This document shows, piece after piece, positions 8,978 to 18,968 of a DNA stretch of 64,000 bases. A program made the position numbers and the translations under genes. Where the stretch lies: positions 4,320,001-4,384,000 of the forward strand of contig OY762007.1 in NCBI GenBank assembly GCA_963665115.1. Direction: 5' to 3'. Positions within the stretch are counted from its first letter, which is position 1, and every line of letters begins with the position of its first letter. Below the pieces are notes generated by a model. It was not told the origin of the DNA. It saw nothing but the letters and a program-made list of their open reading frames with translations, and did no database searches. Origin of the DNA: an uncultured Rivularia sp. Lineage in GTDB: Bacteria > Cyanobacteriota > Cyanobacteriia > Cyanobacteriales > Nostocaceae.

Positions 8978-10834
8978 GTGAATTATAAGACTAATGCACT
9001 TACCAGACGCAACTTTTTACGTTTCACAACCGGAATCGGCATAGCAGTAGGGCTAGATAGTCTTGTACCTGCATATGCCAGACAAGTAGTTGCGAATGAA
9101 ACCGGAAAAGGACGTAATTACCCCGATGTTATCGATCTAAAAGTTCAGGAAACAGCAGTTAAAATCGGAAACAAGCAAGCCAAAGCCCTAACAGTTAACG
9201 GCTCAGTTCCTGGTGCTTTAATCCGTCTGCGTGAAGGACAAAACGTCACCATTAATGTAACCAATGAACTTAAAAAAGATACTTCAATCCACTGGCATGG
9301 TATCCTTCTTCGCCCGAATATGGATGGTGTACCTGGAGTGAGTTTTGCAGGGATTAAACCGGGACAAACCTTCACTTATCGGTTTCCTGTGGCTCAAAAT
9401 GGCACGTACTGGTATCACAGTCACAGCGGATTACAAGAACAACGGGGTCATTATGGTGCGCTTATTATTGACCCGATTGAACCCGAACCTTTCGAGTATG
9501 ACCAAGATTATGTCGTTATGCTCTCCGATTGGACGTTTGATAATCCCCACGATATTCTCGCCAATCTCAAAAAAATGCCCGCTTACTACAATTATCAGCG
9601 ACGAACCATCGCCGACTTGTCCAAAGATTTGGCATGGAGACGTATGCGGATGGACCCAGCAGATATCGCTGATGTTACTGGGGCAACCTACACCTACTTA
9701 ATGAATGGTTTAGTCCCAGACTCAAACTGGACTGGACTTTTTCAAGCTGGTAATAAAGTACGACTTCGGTTTATTAATGGTTCGGCAATGACTTTCTTTG
9801 ATGTTCGCATACCTGGACTCAAAATGACCGTAGTGCAAGCAGACGGTCAAAATGTACAACCAGTAAGCGTCGATGAATTCCGTATTGGCGTTGCAGAAAC
9901 TTATGATGTGATTGTAGAACCTCAAGATGAGCAAGCCTACACGATTTTCGCAGAAACAATGGATCGTAGTGGTTATGCTCGCGGCACATTAGCAGTTCAT
10001 GAGGGACTTAGGGCACCCCTTCCCGAACGTCGCGAACGTCCTTTACGTACTATGGCAGACATGGGGATGGCTCACGATATGTCAGGCATGAATGGTGACT
10101 CCTCCATGAAAGATATGCCAGGAATGAATAATAATTCTTCCATGAACCACGATATGTCTGGTATGAATAGTAATTCCTCCATGAAAGATATGCCAGGAAT
10201 GAATGATAATTCTTCCATGAACCACGATATGTCAGGCATGAATGGTGATGATTCCTCCATGAAAGATATGCCCGGAATGAATCATGATATGTCCAAGAAT
10301 GATGCAGGAGTTCCCCACGGTCCTGACGATCATGGTTTAGGAAATGCAACAGTACCAATGATGGTAAAAAGTCGGTTGCATGAACCTGGTGTTGGTTTAG
10401 AAAATACAGGACATCGCGTTTTAGTTTATACCGATTTACGTAGTTTAAAACCCGGATATGACAAAAGAAAGCCAGAGCGAGAACTAGAACTACATCTTAC
10501 CGGAATTATGGAACGATATATGTGGTCATTTGATGGTAAGAAATATTCCGAAGACAAGGAAATCACTTTTTATAATGGGGAACGACTGCGCCTAATTTTT
10601 GTGAATGACACAATGATGGAACATCCAATTCATCTACACGGAATGTGGATGGAATTAGATAATGGTGCAGGAGAATATAAGCCCCGCAAACATACAATTA
10701 ATGTCAAACCTGCTGAAAGACTACCTGTAGAGATTAATGTAGATGCCCCCGGTAAATGGGCATTTCATTGTCATTTACTTTATCACATGAAAGTAGGGAT
10801 GTTCCGTACAGTAGCTGTTGTTAATCGGGGGTAA
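8978..10834 (+). CDS. copA: Copper-resistance multicopper oxidase (CopA/PcoA type)
   Basis: Tat signal TRRNFL; HWHG, WYHSH, HPIHLHG, HCHLLYHM; Met-rich insert. Confidence 0.95.
   Translation: MNYKTNALTRRNFLRFTTGIGIAVGLDSLVPAYARQVVANETGKGRNYPDVIDLKVQETAVKIGNKQAKALTVNGSVPGALIRLREGQNVTINVTNELKKDTSIHWHGILLRPNMDGVPGVSFAGIKPGQTFTYRFPVAQNGTYWYHSHSGLQEQRGHYGALIIDPIEPEPFEYDQDYVVMLSDWTFDNPHDILANLKKMPAYYNYQRRTIADLSKDLAWRRMRMDPADIADVTGATYTYLMNGLVPDSNWTGLFQAGNKVRLRFINGSAMTFFDVRIPGLKMTVVQADGQNVQPVSVDEFRIGVAETYDVIVEPQDEQAYTIFAETMDRSGYARGTLAVHEGLRAPLPERRERPLRTMADMGMAHDMSGMNGDSSMKDMPGMNNNSSMNHDMSGMNSNSSMKDMPGMNDNSSMNHDMSGMNGDDSSMKDMPGMNHDMSKNDAGVPHGPDDHGLGNATVPMMVKSRLHEPGVGLENTGHRVLVYTDLRSLKPGYDKRKPERELELHLTGIMERYMWSFDGKKYSEDKEITFYNGERLRLIFVNDTMMEHPIHLHGMWMELDNGAGEYKPRKHTINVKPAERLPVEINVDAPGKWAFHCHLLYHMKVGMFRTVAVVNRG
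10068..10293 (+). repeat. Met/His-rich coding tandem repeats in CopA
   Basis: Alternating HDMSGMN..SS and MKDMPGMN..SS units. Confidence 0.85.
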
Positions 10835-10839
10835 GCTAA

Positions 10840-12042
10840 GTGCAAATTCACAAAACAAATTACCGTTTTACTATTGCCGGATTGCTAGGTCTAATCGGCG
10901 TTTTGGTTTATGCTCCAGAAATACGGGCGGACGAACGGAAACAGTTAAAAACAGAATTCAACATTGAAACTATTGACTTTAATGAGGTAAATACTGACAG
11001 ATCGCAAAAGGAGAAGGAGACAAAATTTAGACAAAGCATTCTTACAGATGAATCCGTTATCCCTACTGTTGAAATTGCCAATCAAGAACAATTGCGATTC
11101 TCACAGAGCCAAAATAACGTTCCTCAAATTATCAACGAAAAAGAATGGCCCGAACCCTTAGATGATAGTCAAAAGTTAAAAACTGAACTTAATATCGAAA
11201 CTATTGACTTTAAGAAGGAAAATACTGGTAAACCGCAAGAGCAGAAGAAGACAAAATTTAGACAAAGCATTCTTACCGATGAATCTATTCTGCCTACTGT
11301 TGAAATTGCCAACCAAAAACAATGGCGATTATCACAGAAGCAAAATAACATTTCTCAAGTCACTAATGAAGAAGACTGGCCCGAACCTGTAGATGATAAT
11401 CAAATATTTTGGTTGCTATTAGTTGATCAATTAGAGTTTCGGGACAATGATGGGGAAGCTACCTTCAACTGGGATGCTCAAGGCTGGATTGGAGGTGACT
11501 ATAAACGACTTTGGATTAAAACTGAAGGAGATATTGGTTTAGAAACTGCTGATGGCGAAGCAGAGCTACAACTCCTTTATGGTAAATTAATCGCTCCTTT
11601 CTGGGATTTACAGGTTGGTTTACGCTATGACCAATTATATAGTTCTGACGGCGGACCGGGACGAGCTTTTGGTGTTATTGGCGTTCAAGGTTTAGCTCCT
11701 TACTTATTTGAAGTAGATGCTGCTCTTTTTGTCAGTCAAGATGGCGATGTTTCTGCACGACTTCAAGCTGAATACCAGTTACTTCTTTCTCAGCGGTTAA
11801 TCTTACAGCCCGAATTCGAGACGAATATTGCTATTCAACAAGTGGAAGATTTTGGTGTTGGTTCGGGGATCAACGATATTGAGTTGGGATTACGATTGCG
11901 TTACGAGATTAGTAGAAAATTTGCTCCCTATGTAGGAGCTTCTTGGACGCGCAAACTTGGCAATACTGCTGACTTAGCACGAGAAGAAGGGGAAAGTGTT
12001 GATAACTTCACTCTTTTAGGTGGTGTGCGACTGTTGTTCTAA
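10840..12042 (+). CDS. copB: Outer-membrane copper-resistance protein CopB/PcoB with duplicated N-terminal segment
   Basis: WDAQGWIGGDYKRLWIKTEG, GLAPYLFEVDA, GLRLRYEISRKFAPYVG, terminal F. Confidence 0.92.
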   Translation: MQIHKTNYRFTIAGLLGLIGVLVYAPEIRADERKQLKTEFNIETIDFNEVNTDRSQKEKETKFRQSILTDESVIPTVEIANQEQLRFSQSQNNVPQIINEKEWPEPLDDSQKLKTELNIETIDFKKENTGKPQEQKKTKFRQSILTDESILPTVEIANQKQWRLSQKQNNISQVTNEEDWPEPVDDNQIFWLLLVDQLEFRDNDGEATFNWDAQGWIGGDYKRLWIKTEGDIGLETADGEAELQLLYGKLIAPFWDLQVGLRYDQLYSSDGGPGRAFGVIGVQGLAPYLFEVDAALFVSQDGDVSARLQAEYQLLLSQRLILQPEFETNIAIQQVEDFGVGSGINDIELGLRLRYEISRKFAPYVGASWTRKLGNTADLAREEGESVDNFTLLGGVRLLF

Positions 12043-12207
12043 CTATTGAAAACAGGCTTTACATGACTGGCACGGTTGTACCGTGCCATTAATGATCGGA
12101 TTATATTGCAAATGGGTCTAATCTCAGTAACGTAATAACAAACTTTAAATTTTGTCTCAACAGCCAGTCCAGAAGCTAGGGCTAGAACCATAAAGGAAAA
12201 CACAATT

Positions 12208-12655
12208 ATGAATAATATGGAAACCGAATACAAATCTGGAAGCTTATCCCTATTCGGTGCGATCGCTATGGGTACAGGAGTTATGATTGGTGCAGGCATT
12301 TTTGCACTAACAGGGCAAGTGGCAGAATTAGCAGGAGCCTTGTTCCCCTTAGCTTTCTTAGCTGCGGCAATCATTAGCGGATCTGACACGAATTGCATCA
12401 TTAGGAGCTATTTTCTACCTATTTACGGATATTGCTATACATTGGGGTGTCTTTCGCAACCTAAAAGAAGATATTAATGCCAATGGTGCTATCGTTTTTA
12501 CTGCTGCTGTTCTTGACATAATCGTTCTTGGCGCTATCCTCATTCTGAAAGGAACTTCTGACCCTATGCTGCTATTGATCGCAGGCTTAGGGTTGCTCCT
12601 GACCTTTTTGGGTGAGCGGTTCTTTCTTAAATATCATCAAATGGCTCAGGAATAA
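12208..12655 (+). pseudogene. APC-family amino-acid permease with large internal deletion
   Basis: N-terminus GAIAMGTGVMIGAGIFALTG joined near 12380 to a C-terminus in another frame (DLTRIASLGAIFYLFTDIAIHWGVFR...ERFFLK). Confidence 0.8.
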
Positions 12656-12806
12656 CACTACATCTTGTCTATAGTTCTACCTGAGTATAAACTTTATATC
12701 TAAATATCTAACTATAAGGTCAAGAAATAGAAAACAGATATTAGTATCATAACAATTAGTAACTGGCATAAATAATACAAAAAGTATTTTCAAAGAATTT
12801 AAAGAA

Positions 12807-12823
12807 TTTCATTCTAATTTCAT
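12807..12823 (+). promoter_or_regulatory. CopR-type box
   Basis: TTTCAT-tctaa-TTTCAT. Confidence 0.6.
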
Positions 12824-12888
12824 TCATGAATGAAAAAATGAAATTAGTGAAGAGAAAGTATTCCCAAGATACTTTTCACAAAAGTAAG

Positions 12889-12920
12889 TTGACTCTATAG
12901 TCAGCTAGAAATTTTAAACT
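12889..12920 (+). promoter_or_regulatory. MerR-type long-spacer promoter
   Basis: TTGACT-N20-TAAACT with an imperfect dyad in the spacer; same layout as 18891. Confidence 0.6.
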
Positions 12921-12954
12921 GACCCCTAGATACTTCAAAAAAGGAACCAATAAA

Positions 12955-13326
12955 ATGAATTTACGTAATAAAACTCTTGCCCGTATAGCTTTTGCAGGTT
13001 TAGCGTTAATTGGATTGAGTGCAGCACCGTCCCAAGCTCAAACAACTGGGGGAAAACCAACAAACCAACAGCAAATGCATCAGAACCATCAAATGATGAA
13101 AAAGATGACTCCCGAACAAATGCGTCAACACCAACAACAAATGATGAAAAAGATGACTCCAGAACAAATGCAGCAAATGATGAAAAAGATGACTCCGGAA
13201 CAAATACGTCAGCATCACCAACAAATGATGGGAAATATGAAACAAATGAATCAGATGATGGAACAGATGAACCAACGCATGGGAGAAGGTGGTGAGATGA
13301 AAGGAAGCTCTAATCAACAAAAATAA
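12955..13326 (+). CDS. Exported Met/Gln/His-rich repeat protein (putative metal binder)
   Basis: Signal peptide ending SQA; three MMKKMTPEQ repeats. Confidence 0.7.
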   Translation: MNLRNKTLARIAFAGLALIGLSAAPSQAQTTGGKPTNQQQMHQNHQMMKKMTPEQMRQHQQQMMKKMTPEQMQQMMKKMTPEQIRQHHQQMMGNMKQMNQMMEQMNQRMGEGGEMKGSSNQQK

Positions 13327-13366
13327 TTGCAAATGAATCACAAAATGTAGAGAATGGGAAGTTTAT

Positions 13367-13849
13367 ATGGAAAATACAAAAAAAATTAACGACGATATCA
13401 CAGTAACCGGACAAGTAACACCAGAACAGTTACAGCAAGCAGCCAAGTCAGGTTTAAAGTCTGTATTAAATTTACGCGCACCTGACGAAAAAGGTTTTAT
13501 GAAAGATGAACAACAACAAGCTGAAGCAGCTGGTTTAAATTACACTAATATTCCTCTCAAAGTAGAAACAATCGATGATAAGCTTATCGACGAAATACTA
13601 GAACAAATAGACCAACTACCCAAACCCGCACTCATTCATTGTGCCAGTGGAATGCGAGCCGGAGCAATGGCATTGATGAATTTAGCCATAGATAAAGGAA
13701 TGACACCAAAAGAAGCTTTTGAAACTGCCGAGAAGCTAGGTTTTGATTGCAGTAGCTCACCCAAATTGAAACAAGTATTTGAGGAATACGTTGCCAAACA
13801 TTCACCACCTACTTATGGTGATTCTGACATTAAATGCATTCCGAAGTGA
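13367..13849 (+). CDS. DUF442 / PTP-like sulfurtransferase domain protein
   Basis: GLKSVLNLRAPDE, LIHCASGMRAG. Confidence 0.8.
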   Translation: MENTKKINDDITVTGQVTPEQLQQAAKSGLKSVLNLRAPDEKGFMKDEQQQAEAAGLNYTNIPLKVETIDDKLIDEILEQIDQLPKPALIHCASGMRAGAMALMNLAIDKGMTPKEAFETAEKLGFDCSSSPKLKQVFEEYVAKHSPPTYGDSDIKCIPK

Positions 13850-14240
13850 AGAAATTTTAATTCAAACAAGGTATTCCTTTGGAGATAACATTAAAAATAA
13901 TCCAATGGAGTACCAATATTTTTTTCTGCATAAAAATGCGGAGCAAAAACAATGCTTAAACGCTTATCTAGTGGATGAAAAGAGTAACGGGATTTACGTA
14001 GGTTCTGGTAGAATACATATTTCTAATTAAATAGAAATTGCTTAGAATATATGTTCTTTACGTAGTGATTATGGGTCTTTATGACTATCAAAAATTTGAG
14101 TTTTACAATACAAATGAATGTCTTTTATTTGGGAAAAAATATCGTGCGATGTTTTAAATATTAATTTATTTGAACATAAACAACATCCCGAAGATGATGA
14201 AATCGCTGTATTCCCTATAAAACCGTAAGAGCATACAAAT

Positions 14241-14257
14241 ATGAAATCAGGATGAAA
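14241..14257. promoter_or_regulatory. CopR-type box, reversed relative to the downstream gene
   Basis: ATGAAATCAGGATGAAA, identical to 8568-8584. Confidence 0.6.
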
Positions 14258-14369
14258 TGGCTGTCTTCCTTCTGATATACATTTTATTTAACTCTAATGA
14301 TAGACGCAGAAGAAAGGAACAATTACCTATCAATAGGTAAGCGTCCATATTGAAACAGGAAATAAATTT

Positions 14370-14708
14370 ATGCTTTTAGTTCACGAAGAATACCAGTCTA
14401 GCTTTGATGTGGCAATGCGTTGTGTCGTGGAATGCGAACACTGTGCTGAAGCTTGCATGGGTATGTCAGAGATGGTGCAATGCGCTCGTAGCTGTCTAGA
14501 TTGTGCAGAAATCTGTCGTACTGCTGCAACGTACATGGTAAGAGGTTCGCGCTACATTTCTCACTTAGCCCGTGCTTGTGCAGAGATTTGTGAAGCCTGT
14601 GCCACTGAATGCGAAAAGCATGATGCAGAACACTGTAAAAAGTGTGCAAAAGCTTGTCGTGACAGTGTGGAAGAATATAAGAAAATTGCCGCTGTCGCAG
14701 CTCGATAA
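14370..14708 (+). CDS. Four-helix-bundle copper storage protein (Csp3/DUF326-like)
   Basis: 15 Cys in CxxxC/CxxC arrays; no signal peptide. Confidence 0.88.
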   Translation: MLLVHEEYQSSFDVAMRCVVECEHCAEACMGMSEMVQCARSCLDCAEICRTAATYMVRGSRYISHLARACAEICEACATECEKHDAEHCKKCAKACRDSVEEYKKIAAVAAR

Positions 14709-14827
14709 ATTTGATTCAGTTTAACTGTAAGGCTTTTCAGTTATCAGTTACTAGTTAAATAAATAGTAACTGTTAGCTCTTCATTACTAACTGATAACTG
14801 ATTTAATTTAACAAGGAAAAATCTAAA

Positions 14828-15280
14828 ATGGAATCCAAGTCTAAAAACAATTCTTACATTAGCCTATTGATTGCACTGATAATTTCTTATGTCGTAATGC
14901 TAGTCCTGATGCTTTCACGAGTTAACGAGTTTGGTAATTTCTTTATCAGCCTCAACCAAGTGTATATGTCAGGACTCATGGTATCGACAATGCTGCTGAT
15001 CATGCTGTTCGCAATGGGTTCCATGTACAAGAACAAGAAATTAAACATTGCACTTCTCATCGGTGGAACAGCATCAATATTATTGTTCTGGACTCTTGTG
15101 CGAACCCAAGCAGCAGTAGGAAATCAACAATTTTTGCGCTCAATGATTCCACATCACGCTGCTGCTATTTTGGTATGTCAACAAGCATCGCTGACAGATG
15201 CGCGTATTCAGGAGCTATGCACGGAGATTGTCCAGACGCAGAAAGAGGAAATAAGAATCATGAAAGAACTTATGAAATAG
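14828..15280 (+). CDS. DUF305 (CopM-related) membrane protein
   Basis: Three TM segments, FLRSMIPHHAAAI, QKEEIRIM. Confidence 0.82.
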   Translation: MESKSKNNSYISLLIALIISYVVMLVLMLSRVNEFGNFFISLNQVYMSGLMVSTMLLIMLFAMGSMYKNKKLNIALLIGGTASILLFWTLVRTQAAVGNQQFLRSMIPHHAAAILVCQQASLTDARIQELCTEIVQTQKEEIRIMKELMK

Positions 15281-15386
15281 TCCGAATATTATTAAGTAAT
15301 TAAAATATTTCTCTTTGTTCTTTTTTTTAAGAAATTCAGTATATTCATTATTTTTGTAGTCATGTTCGAGGTAAAAATATAAGCTA

Positions 15387-17453
15387 ATGGCAAAGCAACA
15401 TCACTCAAGAAATAATCACGCAGTTCGAGAACGTGAAGAACGTCAGAATCATAGCGAACAAGCCGGACATCTCGAACATGGGGGACACGCAGGACACGGT
15501 AAACACGCCGGACACAGCCCGGAAATATTCAAGCGTCGCTTCTTTATTTGCTTAGTTCTTACCCTACCAATTCTCTATTTTTCTACTCAATTACAAACCT
15601 GGTTAAACTATCAAGCAATTACTTTTCCTGGTTCCGAATGGATTAACCCGATTTTAGGAATTATTATCTACTTTTATGGTGGTTGGGTATTTTTAAAAGG
15701 TGCTTGGAACGAACTGCATAGCAAAATCGGAATGATGACTCTGATTGCGCTAGCGATTACGGTAGCCTTTGTTTACAGTCTTGCGGTTTCTTTCGGTTTG
15801 CAGGGAAAGCCTTTCTACTGGGAATTGGCAACCTTAGTAGATATTATGCTGTTGGGACATTGGGTAGAAATGGCTTCGGTACAGGGTGCTAGCCGTGCGT
15901 TAGAAAATCTCGCTCAATTGGTACCTTCAACGGCGCATCGTTTAATAAATGGTAGAGTCGAAGATGTTCGGGTAAGCGAAATTCGAGCCGAAGATGTTAT
16001 CTTGATTCGTCCTGGGGAACAGGTTCCCAATGATGGAATTGTGATAGAGGGAAACACTAATATAAATGAATCTTTTTTAACAGGTGAATCTCGTCCAGTT
16101 TCTAAACATGAAGGTGATGAAGTAGTTGCTGGTTCTGTAAACGGTGAGGGTTCGGTAAAAGTCGAAGTTTCTCGTATCGGAGGAGACACCACAATCAGTC
16201 AGATTATGCGCTTGGTAGAAGAAGCACAAGGCTCTAGAAGTCGATATCAGGCTTTAGCGGATAAAACTGCTTATTGGTTAACTATAGTTGCAATTACTGT
16301 TGGTAGCATCACTTTCTTTGTCTGGTTGGGTTTGAGTGATTTGGTATTCGCGGTAAATCGCACGGTAACTGTGTTAGTAATTACCTGTCCTCACGCGCTT
16401 GGTTTAGCTATTCCTTTGGTAATTGCCAATTCTACAGCTTTAGCGGCAAAAAACGGAATTTTGGTCAGAAATCGCGATTCTCTCGAACGTGCGAAAGATA
16501 TTAAAAATATGGCGTTTGATAAAACTGGAACACTAACAGAAGGTAAATTTGGCGTGCAGAGAATGTATACAGAAGGTTTGGACGATAACGAAGCCCTTGC
16601 GATCGCAGCCGCTTTAGAAACTTCCTCGGAACATCCTTTAGCTAAAGCAGTTGTCCAAGCTGCCGAACGTCGCGAACTAGATTTACCTCAAATGACCAAT
16701 TTTAATACTGTAACTGGTCATGGTGTTGAAGGTAAAGTTAACGGTAAAAAGTATCGCATCGGACGACCTGAATGGGTGGAAGAAGACAATCTTACCTTTC
16801 CTTCGTCTTTACGTCAGGGACTGCAAATAGTCAATGAACGCGGAGAAAGTCCGGTAGTATTGATGACCGAGGAAAGCGCCGTAGCTGTGATTTCAATGGC
16901 AGACCAAGTAAGAGAACGAGCGCGAGAAACAGTTAATCAACTGCAAGCAAAAGGCATTCAAGTAGTAATGATTACTGGCGATGCAGAAGCTGTGGCTCGG
17001 ACGGTTGCTGAAGATTTGGGTATCGAACGCTACTATGCCCGCGTATTGCCTGAAGATAAGGTTAGCATTATCAAACAGTTAAAGCAGGAAGGTCCGACTG
17101 CTTTTGTAGGTGATGGAATTAACGATGCAGCAGCGTTATTAGAAGCTAATATTGGAATTGCCATTGGTGCGGGTACTAACGTTGCGATTGAGTCGGCTGA
17201 TTTGGTTTTGATTGAAGATGACCCTTTAGACGCTGTGAAAGCGCTGAATTTGGCACAGAAAACCTACAGCAAGATGATTCAAAACCTTTTTTGGGCAACA
17301 GGTTACAACGTAATTGCGATTCCTTTAGCAGCTGGTGTACTGTATGCTTGGGGATTTCTGCTTTCTCCGGCGATTGGTGCATTATTGATGAGTTTATCGA
17401 CGGTGATTGTAGCAATTAATGCTGTGATGTTGCGACGGGCAAAGTTGGCTTAA
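15387..17453 (+). CDS. Copper-translocating P1B-type ATPase, CPH subtype
   Basis: His-rich N-terminus; TGES, CPHALG, DKTGTLT, HP, GDGINDA, YN, MSLST. Confidence 0.93.
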   Translation: MAKQHHSRNNHAVREREERQNHSEQAGHLEHGGHAGHGKHAGHSPEIFKRRFFICLVLTLPILYFSTQLQTWLNYQAITFPGSEWINPILGIIIYFYGGWVFLKGAWNELHSKIGMMTLIALAITVAFVYSLAVSFGLQGKPFYWELATLVDIMLLGHWVEMASVQGASRALENLAQLVPSTAHRLINGRVEDVRVSEIRAEDVILIRPGEQVPNDGIVIEGNTNINESFLTGESRPVSKHEGDEVVAGSVNGEGSVKVEVSRIGGDTTISQIMRLVEEAQGSRSRYQALADKTAYWLTIVAITVGSITFFVWLGLSDLVFAVNRTVTVLVITCPHALGLAIPLVIANSTALAAKNGILVRNRDSLERAKDIKNMAFDKTGTLTEGKFGVQRMYTEGLDDNEALAIAAALETSSEHPLAKAVVQAAERRELDLPQMTNFNTVTGHGVEGKVNGKKYRIGRPEWVEEDNLTFPSSLRQGLQIVNERGESPVVLMTEESAVAVISMADQVRERARETVNQLQAKGIQVVMITGDAEAVARTVAEDLGIERYYARVLPEDKVSIIKQLKQEGPTAFVGDGINDAAALLEANIGIAIGAGTNVAIESADLVLIEDDPLDAVKALNLAQKTYSKMIQNLFWATGYNVIAIPLAAGVLYAWGFLLSPAIGALLMSLSTVIVAINAVMLRRAKLA

Positions 17454-17632
17454 GAAATTTTGGATTTTAGATTTAATTGCAACCAGCTACTTACCTCTGT
17501 TTAATTCTTTCCTCAGCGTCCACTTTGCGAGAAGCTGCATTTCCTGCATAAAAGCGTCTCTATGGTTTTATAATCGGTAATCTTAGGCATGAAAAGTGAT
17601 TTCAATCATTATTCTTGCTAAGGGGAATTGGG

Positions 17633-17971
17633 ATGAATGCCTATGATAATTTCAATCAACTGAGATTGAGCGAGACTGTTTCACCAAAAACTTCTTTAGT
17701 TGAAGCGCCAAAAAATGATAAAAATCCCAGTAATAACGATACGATAGCTGGCATGGGGTTTTTATTATTTTTAACTTTGATGATAGCTCTAATAAAGTGG
17801 TGCGATATTCGCAAGGCATCACAAGAAGATTTTTCTAAGATTCCTATTAATCATAAAACTCCTTGTTCAAAATGCCGCTACTTTAACAATAATTCCTATA
17901 TTAAGTGCGCGGTACAACCAGAAAAAGTGATGACCAAAGAAGCAAAGGATTGTCAGGATTATTGTCCTTAA
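17633..17971 (+). CDS. Hypothetical TM protein with Cys-rich C-terminus
   Basis: One TM; PCSKCRYF...KCAVQP...CQDY. Confidence 0.6.
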   Translation: MNAYDNFNQLRLSETVSPKTSLVEAPKNDKNPSNNDTIAGMGFLLFLTLMIALIKWCDIRKASQEDFSKIPINHKTPCSKCRYFNNNSYIKCAVQPEKVMTKEAKDCQDYCP

Positions 17972-17976
17972 AATAA

Positions 17977-18864
17977 ATGCTCATGATTTCTAAATCAAAT
18001 AAATCAAATCAAACGCTTCAGTTAAAAGATGGTCGTCAGATGGGATATGCCGAATTCGGCGACTTGAATGGAAAGCCCGTACTGTTTTTCCACGGTACAC
18101 CAGGGTCGAGACTGACTCGCTATCCTGACGAATCTATTGCAACTCTGTTAGGAGTTCGCATTATTAACATTGACCGTCCGGGATATGGTTTGTCGGACTT
18201 TGTGCCAGATAACACGTTAGTGAATTGGACTGAAGATATTATTGAACTTGCTGATGCTTTAAAGATAGAACAATTTGCAGTTACAGGTGTTTCTGGAGGT
18301 GGAGCATATGCTCTGGCTTGTACATCCGAAATCCCCGAACGGATAACACGGGCTGGGGTTATCAGCAGTATATCTCCTTTCGATGTCTCCCATGTCACTG
18401 AAGGAATGAACCTCATAAACAGAGTTTTATTTGGAGTAGGACAATATGCGCCGTTTCTCCTAAATCCTTTGTTAAGTCCAATTGTACGCACAGCACGTAA
18501 AGAACCGCAGAAGTTATTTGATTATGGGCTAACAAATTATTTTCCTATACCTGATAAAGAGGTTTTATTTCAACCTATGGTGCGAGAAATGTTTTTAGAA
18601 GACTTACCCCAAGCCTTTCTTCAAGGAGCTTGTGGATTTACGTTAGACATGAAAATCCTTGTTCAATCTTGGGGCTTTCAGCTAAATAATATTTCTCGTA
18701 AAGTATACCTTTGGCATGGCGAGAAAGATGAAAATGTTCCTCCAAATGCAGGACGATATCTTGCAAACATGATCCCTAACTGTGAAGCTCGTTTTTATCC
18801 CGATGAAGGTCATTTGCTGATATTTAACCATTGGCAAGAAATTCTTACCACTTTAGTTAGTTAG
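17977..18864 (+). CDS. Alpha/beta hydrolase
   Basis: HGTPGSR, DRPGYGLS, GVSGGG, HGEKD, EGH. Confidence 0.9.
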   Translation: MLMISKSNKSNQTLQLKDGRQMGYAEFGDLNGKPVLFFHGTPGSRLTRYPDESIATLLGVRIINIDRPGYGLSDFVPDNTLVNWTEDIIELADALKIEQFAVTGVSGGGAYALACTSEIPERITRAGVISSISPFDVSHVTEGMNLINRVLFGVGQYAPFLLNPLLSPIVRTARKEPQKLFDYGLTNYFPIPDKEVLFQPMVREMFLEDLPQAFLQGACGFTLDMKILVQSWGFQLNNISRKVYLWHGEKDENVPPNAGRYLANMIPNCEARFYPDEGHLLIFNHWQEILTTLVS

Positions 18865-18890
18865 CTTAGTGATTTTCTGTTCTATTACCC

Positions 18891-18922
18891 TTGACTCTCT
18901 AGCTTACTAGAGGGTTTAGCAT
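18891..18922 (+). promoter_or_regulatory. MerR/CueR-type promoter-operator
   Basis: TTGACT-N20-TAGCAT; dyad ACTCTCTAG-N4-CTAGAGGGT (8/9 match). Confidence 0.7.
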
Positions 18923-18968
18923 ATCATCAAAAGCAAATTGGTTGTTTTTAATTTCAAATTCAAAGACT

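Noticed and set aside
13006..13341. His/Leu-rich minus-strand ORF (also 10050-10358 and 10072-10260)
   Set aside because: Antisense shadows of Met-rich coding repeats
17529..17546. Additional CopR box (ATGAAAAGTGATTTCAAT)
   Set aside because: Inverted rather than direct arrangement; lacks the 11-bp period
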